NCBI GenBank assembly: GCA_964652195.1
Contig: CAZZBB010000012.1
Span: forward strand, 36,537-100,536
From: an uncultured bacterium
GTDB taxonomy: Bacteria > Poribacteria > WGA-4E > WGA-3G
Length of the DNA: 64,000 nucleotides
Direction: 5' to 3'
Positions 38,083 to 47,700 of this stretch are shown here, piece by piece. Made by a program: the position numbers and the translations under genes. How positions within the stretch are numbered: the first letter of the stretch is position 1; each line of letters begins with the position of its first letter. The notes below the pieces were generated by a model, which saw only the letters and a program-made list of their open reading frames with translations, made no database searches and was not told the origin of the DNA.

Positions 38083-39225
38083 TTATTTCACACAACGAAA
38101 TCCATCATTTGGATTTGTAGCATTAGGTAGTCTTGAGGTGCGTTCAGAAACCCGCAATTTTTCTGGTATATTCAACCATGAACCCCCTCGTAACACACGA
38201 TTTTTCTTTACATTCAAAAAATCTGATATAGCTATTTCAATGTTTTCAAAACCCGCAATTGGATTCTCTTTGGGAGAATTAACATAGAAAGTGGCTTCAT
38301 ATACATCAAGACACCATTCTCTTACATTTCCTGACATATCGTACAGACCAAATTCGTTTGCAGGAAAACTACCTACTTGTAATGTTCCACTGCCTTCTGT
38401 ATCCTTATAATAATTCGCTTTTGTACCATCAATTGTATTCCCCCAAGGGTATATCATATCTTCTAACTTTCCCCGTGCAGCTATTTCCCATTCTGCTTCT
38501 GTAGGTAACCGTTTACCTGCCCATTTTGCATAAGCCATTGCTGCGTACCAACTCACATAAACAACAGGATGGTTCTCTTTTCCCGCTGGATAGTCGTTCC
38601 CAATCCAATGAATTAGATAATATCCATCATGATATGCAGGTGGAATTCGATCTTTGCCCCACTCAGGATTAGCATCAACAAATGCTTTATATTGTGCATT
38701 GGTGACTTCATACTTGTCGATATAGAATGCATCAACGTAAACGGTATGGATAGGTTTTTCATCTGTATCTCCGGTGTTGCTACCCATCTGGAACTCTCCT
38801 GCGGGGATTAACACCATATCGGTATCATCATATGTAAGCTTAAACTCATACGGAATTCTGACTTTAAAACTAACCGGTTTGCCATTTGAAGTGGCGGGAT
38901 AGAAAACACTATTTTTTAAAGATTCAATAGCTGCTTCCTCTAACCCAAAACCGAGTTCTGTTAGAGCTTTAATATCTTTAGCTATACCATCTACATTAAT
39001 GGTTGCTTGTAGAAGAACTTTACCCTCTTTACCTGCTCTCTTCGCTTCAACTGGATATTCAGGTTTCATTAAGTTCTTCACCTTAGGGGGTACAATCTTA
39101 GAATTCTCTGGAGGAATGTGATTATCAACATCAAAAGAATCCGAACTGCTTTTTTCAGCAATTAGGAGTCCAGAAATGATGATACAGACAGAAATAAAGA
39201 GAGTTATACCTTTCACAGATTTCAT
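38083..39225 (-). CDS. Fusion protein: TonB C-terminal domain + formylglycine-generating-enzyme (FGE-sulfatase/SUMF1) family domain
   Basis: Signal peptide. KPEYPVEAKRAGKEGKVLLQATINVDG...GKPVSF is TonB_C-like. The FGE domain follows: MVLIPAGEFQMGS, HPVVYVSWYAAMAYAKWAGKRLPTEAEWE, RVLRGGSW. Confidence 0.65.
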   Translation of the reverse strand: MKSVKGITLFISVCIIISGLLIAEKSSSDSFDVDNHIPPENSKIVPPKVKNLMKPEYPVEAKRAGKEGKVLLQATINVDGIAKDIKALTELGFGLEEAAIESLKNSVFYPATSNGKPVSFKVRIPYEFKLTYDDTDMVLIPAGEFQMGSNTGDTDEKPIHTVYVDAFYIDKYEVTNAQYKAFVDANPEWGKDRIPPAYHDGYYLIHWIGNDYPAGKENHPVVYVSWYAAMAYAKWAGKRLPTEAEWEIAARGKLEDMIYPWGNTIDGTKANYYKDTEGSGTLQVGSFPANEFGLYDMSGNVREWCLDVYEATFYVNSPKENPIAGFENIEIAISDFLNVKKNRVLRGGSWLNIPEKLRVSERTSRLPNATNPNDGFRCVK

Positions 39226-39340
39226 ATTCCCTTACTATATATGTATAGAGGATTAAGGACAATAGGCGTACTCTATACATTGAGCACGCCTATTAAGTAC
39301 AAGAATTGATTTGTATCCAGAGATTGAGTTATAAAGAAGA

Positions 39341-41455
39341 CTATGCTTCCTCTTCTTCTTCCTCACCTTCTTTTGATATCGCTATAACCTTCTGTGCAAC
39401 ATCATCTGGGACAATCTCATAATTTGAGAATTCCATAGTAAACTGCCCGCGTGCACTTGTCATAGATTTCAAATCAATGGAATAACGAAACATTTCTGAA
39501 AGTGGCACTAAGGCATTTATTTCTTGTCGTTTACCAACTTGTTCAACCCCCATTACCTGTCCACGTCGTCCATTAAGATCACCTATGATACTTCCCATAT
39601 ATTGGTCGGGAACTGAGATTGAGACGTTCATGATAGGTTCAAGTAAGCACGGATCAGCTTGTTGTACCGCAGTAGCAAATGCCATGGAACCAGCAATTTG
39701 GAAAGCCATATCAGATGAATCAACATCATGATATTTCCCATCGTATAGGTCTATCTGAATGTCAACTAATGGATAACCGGCAATTAGTCCACGATCCATT
39801 CTGTCGCGTATACCTTTTTCTACGGCTGGAATGTAATTGCTTGGTATCACACCACCTTTAATGTTGTTAATAAATTCAAATCCTTCACCGCGTTGAAGCG
39901 GTCCTAAATTTATTGTAACATCCCCAAATTGTCCTTTTCCACCCGATTGTTTTTTGTGTCTTTCTTGTACACCTTTAACACTTCGTCGCACAGTTTCCCG
40001 ATAGGGAACTTTGGGAGGGAATAATTCTGTTTCAACACTGAATTTCTCTACAATTCTCTGACGATTCACATTGATGTGAAGTTCCCCTAAACCTGAAACT
40101 AACAACTGTTTGGTCACATCATTCCTTTCAATTTTGAATGATGGATCTTCTTCTGAAATCCGATTAAGGGCGGTGATAAGTTTTTCGTCGTCTCCCTCAC
40201 GTGTAGGTGAAATAGCAAAAGAGATTACAGCCTGAGGAAATTCAATTCCGGGAAGTATAATTGAATTATCTCTATCGCAAAGAGTATCCCCAGTCTGGGT
40301 GAGAGATAGTTTTGTCAATGCGCCAATATCACCAGCAGGTATACTGGTGGTGTTTATTGATTGGTTACCATTCATGTATGCTGGTTTTCCAATTCTTTCC
40401 AACTCACCACGATTAGGATTATTTGCTTGTATATCACCCGTTAAAGATCCGGAATACACGCGGAATAAACTGAGTTGTCCTGAAAATGGGTCTGCGATTG
40501 TTTTGAATACAAGGGCAGACATCGGTGCTTCTGTTGATGGTTCTCGAGTATTGGATTCGTCATCTGCATCATGGACAGCACCTACCTGTTCAGGTGAAGG
40601 ACAACAATTTACAAGCGTATCCATTAACTGTTGTACACCAATGTTTTTTAAGGCGGATCCGCATAGAACTGGTACAAACTGACTTTCAAGGATTCCCGTC
40701 TGAATTCCTTGCTGAATTTCTTCATCAGATAGTTCACCTTCAAAAAACTTCTCAATTAATGCGTCATCACTTTCAGCGGCGACTTCAACGAGTGCTTCTC
40801 TTGTTTCTTCAGCTGCAGTTGTTAGGTCGTCAGGAATATCAGATTTTGCGATAGGAGCGTTACTACCTGGTTCAAGAAATGCTCCATTCTGTACAACATC
40901 AACCACCCCTGTGAACTGGTCTTCTTTTCCTATCGGTAGTTGAATCGGTACAGCACGTGTTTCTAATATTTCGGATATACTTGCAAGCGCATTTTCAAAG
41001 CTTGCATTTTCTTTATCCATTTTATTTATAAATAGTAGTCTTGGCAGATTATATTTATCCGCAATTTCCCATACTTTTTCGGTTCCACCCTCTACACCTG
41101 TAGTAGCATCTACAACCACGATAACCGCATCTACAACTCGAAGCACACCGTATAGGTCTCCGTAAAAATCCTCTGCTCCGGGTGTATCAATTAGATTTAG
41201 TTTATGTTCGTCCCATTCCGCGATACACACTGAACAATTTAGTGACGTTTTCCGTTCAATCTCATCAGAGGCATAATCAGCTACCGTGTTTCCATCATCC
41301 ACAGATCCCATCCGCTCTATGGCACCACCGTTGTATAGCATAGCTTCAATTAGGGATGTTTTGCCAGCCCCTGAATGAGAAATAATACCGATATTCCGAA
41401 TTTCTTCTGTTCTGTATTGTCTCATCTTCTTAGAAAGTTCTCCTTTTGTAACCAC
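39341..41455 (-). CDS. Elongation factor G family translational GTPase paralogue (non-canonical G1 and switch-II)
   Basis: Five-domain EF-G architecture of 704 aa. G1 is ISHSGAGKTS and G4 is NKMD. Switch II is DTPGAEDF, so the catalytic His of DTPGH is replaced by Ala. The C-terminus is an acidic tail, EGEEEEEEA. Confidence 0.8.
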   Translation of the reverse strand: MVTKGELSKKMRQYRTEEIRNIGIISHSGAGKTSLIEAMLYNGGAIERMGSVDDGNTVADYASDEIERKTSLNCSVCIAEWDEHKLNLIDTPGAEDFYGDLYGVLRVVDAVIVVVDATTGVEGGTEKVWEIADKYNLPRLLFINKMDKENASFENALASISEILETRAVPIQLPIGKEDQFTGVVDVVQNGAFLEPGSNAPIAKSDIPDDLTTAAEETREALVEVAAESDDALIEKFFEGELSDEEIQQGIQTGILESQFVPVLCGSALKNIGVQQLMDTLVNCCPSPEQVGAVHDADDESNTREPSTEAPMSALVFKTIADPFSGQLSLFRVYSGSLTGDIQANNPNRGELERIGKPAYMNGNQSINTTSIPAGDIGALTKLSLTQTGDTLCDRDNSIILPGIEFPQAVISFAISPTREGDDEKLITALNRISEEDPSFKIERNDVTKQLLVSGLGELHINVNRQRIVEKFSVETELFPPKVPYRETVRRSVKGVQERHKKQSGGKGQFGDVTINLGPLQRGEGFEFINNIKGGVIPSNYIPAVEKGIRDRMDRGLIAGYPLVDIQIDLYDGKYHDVDSSDMAFQIAGSMAFATAVQQADPCLLEPIMNVSISVPDQYMGSIIGDLNGRRGQVMGVEQVGKRQEINALVPLSEMFRYSIDLKSMTSARGQFTMEFSNYEIVPDDVAQKVIAISKEGEEEEEEA

Positions 41456-41624
41456 ACGGAATAGGTCAAACTATGCCGTTATTAAGATATATAATTTTAG
41501 CACATGTGATAGAAAATAGCAACTTAAACGATTTGAAATAGTGTGAATCTGTAAGACATCATAGGAAATATTAGTATTTTTCACCAAATAGGATATAATT
41601 GTAGATACAAATTGAATTGAATAG

Positions 41625-42002
41625 GTGATTAGAATGAAAGGATTTTTCTTTATAATAGGTTCAGCATTTTGCTTACTGAGTGTGTTCATGGGTGCGTTCG
41701 GTGCCCATACTCTTAAAACTAAAATATCAAAAGAGATGTTAGACATCTTTGAAGTGGCTGTACGATATCAAGTATATCACGGTATAGGTCTAATAATTGT
41801 GTCCTGGGCAATATCACAATGGCAGAATTCCTTTACAACCGCAGCTGGATGGTGTTTCATCGGTGGAATAGCTATCTTTTCTGGCAGTTTATACATTCTC
41901 AGTATGACTGGTATCCGTTGGCTTGGTGCCTTGACTCCGATTGGTGGGTTAGCTTTCATTGCAGGATGGGCATGCTTGATATTGGCTGTTTTCCGGAAGT
42001 GA
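41625..42002 (+). CDS. DUF423 (YgdD/TMEM256) small membrane protein
   Basis: Four TM helices in 125 aa. GAFGAH and HGIGLII are characteristic. Confidence 0.7.
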   Translation: MIRMKGFFFIIGSAFCLLSVFMGAFGAHTLKTKISKEMLDIFEVAVRYQVYHGIGLIIVSWAISQWQNSFTTAAGWCFIGGIAIFSGSLYILSMTGIRWLGALTPIGGLAFIAGWACLILAVFRK

Positions 42003-42163
42003 TAGCGTTAAGGTTTAATTTTGCTCAGATCATGAATGGTTGTTATCCGTGGCTTGAAATACTGCACAAACTAAACAGTTTATGCTACATTTAAGAGACC
42101 TAAATCATCAGAAATGGTATAATAAAGATTCTGGCATGAATGCCTATTCGGTAAGGTTTGTTT

Positions 42164-44569
42164 CTACTGAACAATTGTAAGAGATAGACTTGTAGATCTA
42201 CCTGCCCCATCAATACAGGTCAATTGATGGTTGCCAACAACGGGTATAAGAAATGCTGGTTCTACTGCTTCGCCTTTTGATATAAGCTCACCATTTAAAA
42301 ACCAGTAGAGATTCTGTGTGTCGCCTGAAACTGATGCTGATAGTCGTATTTTTTGATATTCAGGTGGAACTCCCGAACGGATGTGATATACAGTTTTGCG
42401 GGTTGGGGATAGGATAATTGGTGGTGTGCCTGTAAGTAGGCGTGTGCAGTCAGCATTATGTGTAGGTAGTACTGGAACAGCATACCCGGAAGCATTTAGC
42501 CATGTAGCAACTTCTGATGGCCACACAACAATTGTTTTATCTATATATTTCCTTCCAGTCCTGCATGACGAACATAGCCTCTCACCTGTCAATATATCAA
42601 TTTGTATATTCTTATGAATGTGGCATTTCTCCACAGGTGAGATATTTGGGATATACATATCAGTTGTAGATGTAGGACAATGTGGTGTGAGGAGTCTTCC
42701 ACTTAATGAGCAAACACGATATTCTTTTACTTTCTCTGGTTTGCTAAACCATTGGCTTGTCTTTTCTCCGGAAAGGACAGTAAAAAGTGAAAAAAGTATT
42801 GGAGCTGCGGTGTCAGAACCACTTAAAATGGGTGAACCGGTCCCATTAAAATTTCCAATCCATACACCTATTGTAAAATCAGGTGAATAGCCTATGCTCC
42901 ACGCATCTCTATGACCATAGGATGTGCCTGTTTTCCATGCAACTTTAGGCATGGTTCCAGTTAATTCAAAGGCTTCTGGGAAATCGGGACGTTTGAGAGT
43001 TGTTAACATCTCTGTCACTATCCAACTGGTCTCAGGTGTTAATAATTTATAATCTGATGTAGTAGGTGAAACCGCTTGCTCAAGTTCAGTTTTATGTCTC
43101 TTTTGTTTACCTATTTCATTTTCATCTTTCTTTAGGATTTTATAGGGAGAAAATATCCCCATATTTGCTAATCCTGCATATAGGTTTGTTAACTCCAATA
43201 GATTAACACCACATCCCCCGAGTACAAGTGATAGACCGTATTTATTTTCGTTAGCGAATGTGGAAATACCGGCACGACGTAGAAATGTATATAGTTGATC
43301 CTTTCCGATTTTGGCATAGAGATTTACCGCTGGAACATTGAGTGAATTTGCTAAGGCATCTCGTGCCGTAACATATCCAGTGAATTTCCCATCAAAATTT
43401 ACGGGACTATATCCGAGATAGTCAACTGGAACATCATATAGTAATGTCTGTGGTGTAATTAAACCTTTGTCAATAGCAAGAGCATAAATAAAAGGTTTCA
43501 GCGTTGAACCCGGTGATCGTATGGCAAGTGTTCCGTTTACTTGACCTGAATAATCTGCATCGAAAAAATCGTGTGACCCCACCATAGCCAAAACATCCTT
43601 GCTTTTTGTATCCATTACGATTACTGCTCCAGTAGAAACACCTTGTGCTTGTAAAGGTCGTAGCCGTTCGCGGAGGATTCGTTCGGCAATATCTTGATAT
43701 CGATGGTCAATAGTTGTGTGTATCCACGGTTTATTAGAATTACCAGACAAATATGAAGTGCGTTTTTTAGCCAGTAAACGAGAAAGGTGTGGAGCTTTAA
43801 ATGGAAGTGCGTAACGTTTTGTAGGTATATGCTCCTGTAAAGCTTCTGCCATCTGCTGTTCGGTTATTTTCCCAGCATTCCTCAAGCGTTGTAGTACTTT
43901 TTTCCTTGCCTTCAACGCCCGTTTTGGGTATCGGTCTGGTCGTAATCTTTCTGGTGAGTTCGGTATTGCAGCTAATAATGCGGCTTCCCCAAGACTAAGA
44001 GCATTTTGTGGTTTATTGAAATAAATGCGTGAGGCAGCAGCAGAACCAACAATGTTTCCACCATAGGGTAGCATATTGAAATAGTATGTCAATATCTCCG
44101 ATTTCTTATACGTCAATTCCAACTGTACTGCGCGGAACATCTCTATCATTTTATTGGGTATAGTTCGTTCCTTTGGCTCCATTAGTCTTGCTAATTGCAT
44201 AGTAATTGTGGAACCGCCGCGTACCACCTTACCTGTTTTTAAGTTATCATACATTGCACCAAAAAGCGCCACTGGATTAATACCCCAATGATGATAAAAC
44301 CATCTATCTTCGTATGTTAACATGGCAGTTTGGAATTGAGGGGATACGTTCTCAAGTGTGGTCTCTGTAATTCGCCACATATCATCTGCTGAAGTAAACG
44401 CACGAAGCCATTCACCATTCCTATCAAGTACAACTGTAGATGGAGGTTGGTGTAGTTTTTCTTTAGGCAGTGGGAAACACAAATGTAAGATTAAGAAAAG
44501 CAAGAGGGGAAATGCAGGGATTGCCAGAAAATATAGAGATTTTCTATGTGTATTTATATATCTAAACAT
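42164..44569 (-). CDS. pbpC: Penicillin-binding protein 1C (bifunctional transglycosylase/transpeptidase)
   Basis: GT51 motifs (EDRWFYHHWGINP, RGGSTITMQLARL), the transpeptidase motif SPGSTLKPF, and a PBP1C C-terminal domain. It lies downstream of the alpha-2-macroglobulin gene. Confidence 0.8.
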   Translation of the reverse strand: MFRYINTHRKSLYFLAIPAFPLLLFLILHLCFPLPKEKLHQPPSTVVLDRNGEWLRAFTSADDMWRITETTLENVSPQFQTAMLTYEDRWFYHHWGINPVALFGAMYDNLKTGKVVRGGSTITMQLARLMEPKERTIPNKMIEMFRAVQLELTYKKSEILTYYFNMLPYGGNIVGSAAASRIYFNKPQNALSLGEAALLAAIPNSPERLRPDRYPKRALKARKKVLQRLRNAGKITEQQMAEALQEHIPTKRYALPFKAPHLSRLLAKKRTSYLSGNSNKPWIHTTIDHRYQDIAERILRERLRPLQAQGVSTGAVIVMDTKSKDVLAMVGSHDFFDADYSGQVNGTLAIRSPGSTLKPFIYALAIDKGLITPQTLLYDVPVDYLGYSPVNFDGKFTGYVTARDALANSLNVPAVNLYAKIGKDQLYTFLRRAGISTFANENKYGLSLVLGGCGVNLLELTNLYAGLANMGIFSPYKILKKDENEIGKQKRHKTELEQAVSPTTSDYKLLTPETSWIVTEMLTTLKRPDFPEAFELTGTMPKVAWKTGTSYGHRDAWSIGYSPDFTIGVWIGNFNGTGSPILSGSDTAAPILFSLFTVLSGEKTSQWFSKPEKVKEYRVCSLSGRLLTPHCPTSTTDMYIPNISPVEKCHIHKNIQIDILTGERLCSSCRTGRKYIDKTIVVWPSEVATWLNASGYAVPVLPTHNADCTRLLTGTPPIILSPTRKTVYHIRSGVPPEYQKIRLSASVSGDTQNLYWFLNGELISKGEAVEPAFLIPVVGNHQLTCIDGAGRSTSLSLTIVQ

Positions 44570-44712
44570 GGGAGATGACCTTCGATTAAGGAACTGTGGA
44601 ATAAGAAACTTAAATTGATTATTAATGAAAGAGATGGGGAAGAGGATAAACCCTTATCTCTTTCGTGGGTTGCCCTATAAATTTGGGCATCGAAAAAACT
44701 TAAAGTAGTCGG

Positions 44713-47700
44713 TTAATCAATAATTGTGATCTTACCACTACTTGCGATAGAGGAATTGGCTGGGTCATACATTGCCTCTGCAGATACAGGTGGCAGATTA
44801 AATTCCCCTCGTGTTACGGCTCTTAAAGCGTAGTGGAACTTGCGTTCTCTCTGACGTGGGAATGTACCGAAAAATATCATACGATCATCCCGTATGTCAA
44901 CATAATCAGGTTTAAAGTCATCAGTTTTCAGCCAGGGAATACTTGCCCGAGATGCTAATCTGGCATTCTCTATTTCAAAACCGGCTGGTAACATGTCTAC
45001 AACGACGACGTTTTCAAGGTTAAAGTTAAGTGCTTTTACAGTGATTTCTGCTATCACCATATCCCCATGTTTGAATTCGTTTTCGTATGGAGTTCCATCT
45101 TGGTTAAGGTACCGACGTCGCACCTGTAAATCTCGATCATATTCCTCAATAGAGGAATCACGTCGTATGCCAAATGCAGACCAATGATAATAACAATTAC
45201 CTTCTCCTTCAATAGAGATTTGAATCTGTGCACCATCCCATTCTTTATTTGCGAATCGAACTGATGGGTTTTCTGAATCAAAATCAGCCAAATGTGTACC
45301 ATTGACAGTAATTGTTCCAGTATAATTACCATCCATTTGTTTCCTCAATATCTTACCCAATGCAAGAAAAGCAAATGCATTTTCTTGTGTTGTTCCCCAA
45401 CGATTCTTTTTCGATGCAGATTGACTGAGATTATTAACCAACATTGGAATTGATGGATGATTTTCATTCACTTCAGCAAGTACGTCGAGCATTATAGCTT
45501 GGGATCGAATAGGTGAATTGAAGTTGTTGCCAGACTGTCTTTTACCACCGTTTGATGTTGGAATCGAAATAGGTAGCATTGAAAGAGCAGTTTCCAGGTC
45601 ACCACTAAGTCCAAATGCACCTGCTAATTGAAAACGACTAAATCCAGTAAGACCACTGAGCAGATTATTCTTAAAGTAGTGCATCACACCTTTCTCAGGA
45701 TGTCCAGCTGCAGCCAAAACATAACAAGAATAGACTGCCCGTTCAGCATTATATCTATTGTTATTATCAATTGTTCTTTGGTTACTTGAAATTTGTTTTG
45801 CTTGGTTTCTTAATCCCTCAAGCATGGCAGTGTAAACACGGTCAGATACCTCATATCCCGATTTTCGAGCTTCAACCAAAAAGTGTGTTGCATATATACT
45901 ACTCCAATGATTAATATAACCTCCACCGGGCCAATACGAGAAATGATTTTGGGATGAAAGCATACTTTCAAGTTTATTTATTCCTTGGGTAATGTAATAA
46001 TCTATACGTTCATCTGTGGCAAGGTCAGGATCAATTGTACGAGCAACATCACTAAAATAGAGTAAAGGGAATACCTTGCTTGTTGTTTGCTCAAGACACC
46101 CGTAGGGATATCTTAACAGATAACGAATGCCATCGGCAAATTTGACTGCGGGAAAGGGAGAAACAGTTAGACCAAATTCGGATGACTCCGGTATAAAGTT
46201 TGATGGGAATATGAAATCTTCGGGTTCATCAGCATTCACAATTCCATTTCCAGTATCAGTTACAGGTGGTGCAGCTGATCGCAGGGGGAGTTGGACGGTC
46301 ATTTCTGATCGTTCGTTGTTCCCAAAAGCAGATACTGTGAAGGTCGCTTTGCCTATTGAATCGTGTGTGAGTAGCTCAAATAAGAGTTGCTCTTCAACAT
46401 CAGACCCGATATATATCTGTTTTTGAATTTTACGATTGTCAGTTGTAGCTTCATCCGCTTCGGCATCTGATAGGAATTGAACATCTCCTTGTGCTTGGAT
46501 CTCAACATTGAACTCTCCATCTACACCTGTTCCGTTATGCACGTTTATTGGAAATTGAATACGATCTCCACCAGAGAGGAAACGTGGGAAAGTCGGTGTG
46601 ATTACCACAGGTTCCCGTACTATTATTGGTTTTTCAGCGGCCCCAAAGTTTGTATTAGCATACGCAACAGCCATTATTCTTAATGTTCCGTTAAACTGGG
46701 GTACATGAAAGTCTACTGTTCCTTTTCCATTCCGATCTGTTTTCAATATACCTGACCAGAGGGAGACCGGTTTGACACGCATAATGCTTGCTGTATTTAG
46801 CCGTTTTGCCCGACCAGCTGCTAAACTTCCATCACCACCTGTACTTGATTCTGTTTGTGCCGATTCGATTTCCGGTAAAACAGCAGAATATAGATCATGG
46901 ACAACTGTCTTTAACCCTCTTTGCCTATAGAAGTATTTATGTGCATCAGGGGTTTTGAAATCGGTTAACTGGAGAATCCCTTCATCAATTGCAGCAATTG
47001 TGATATGGGAGAAACCGCTATTTTTACCCTTCACAGTATACTTGACTGTTACATCAGTATTAGGTCTTATCTCTTCAGGAGCATCAAGATCAATTGTAAA
47101 CCGGTTTGATGTGTCATCAATCTTCAATGGGATAATACCGAAAGCTCGGGCGGAACCGTGTTCTTTGAGTGATTCCGTTGACCGGATTATTGTTCCAGAT
47201 AGATATATGTTCGGTTTATAGGCATATTGAACAGGTATATTCAAACTTGCAGTATTACCTCTAAGGTTTACAATCTTATAACTTAGGATTTTTTCCCGTT
47301 CAATTGTCAATAATAATTTACCTGGAAACGGAGCTTTAACATGTAGTTTTGCTATCTCTCCTGGATTGTAGGCTGTTTTATCTAAGTTCATCTCAAGTAA
47401 ACTTGGATTTTCCATAGATACAGGTACGTATCCCCATCCAGAAGTTTCCATCTTGATTTCTGATTTAGCACCTGAGGCTGTATCCTCTATGTGTACGCGA
47501 TACTCACCATATTCAGTAGGTGTGAATGTAAAGGTTCCTATATCTGAGGTCGAGATTAAAGGGTGAGATTCTAATGTCGTTTTTTGAGGATTAGAGACGT
47601 ATTGAGACTGCCCTCGTGAATTTCTTCTAAGAATAGTATTCCAGCGAACTTTGTAAACAGTAAGTAAAAGATCTCTTCCAGCCACGGAATTACCATTTTT

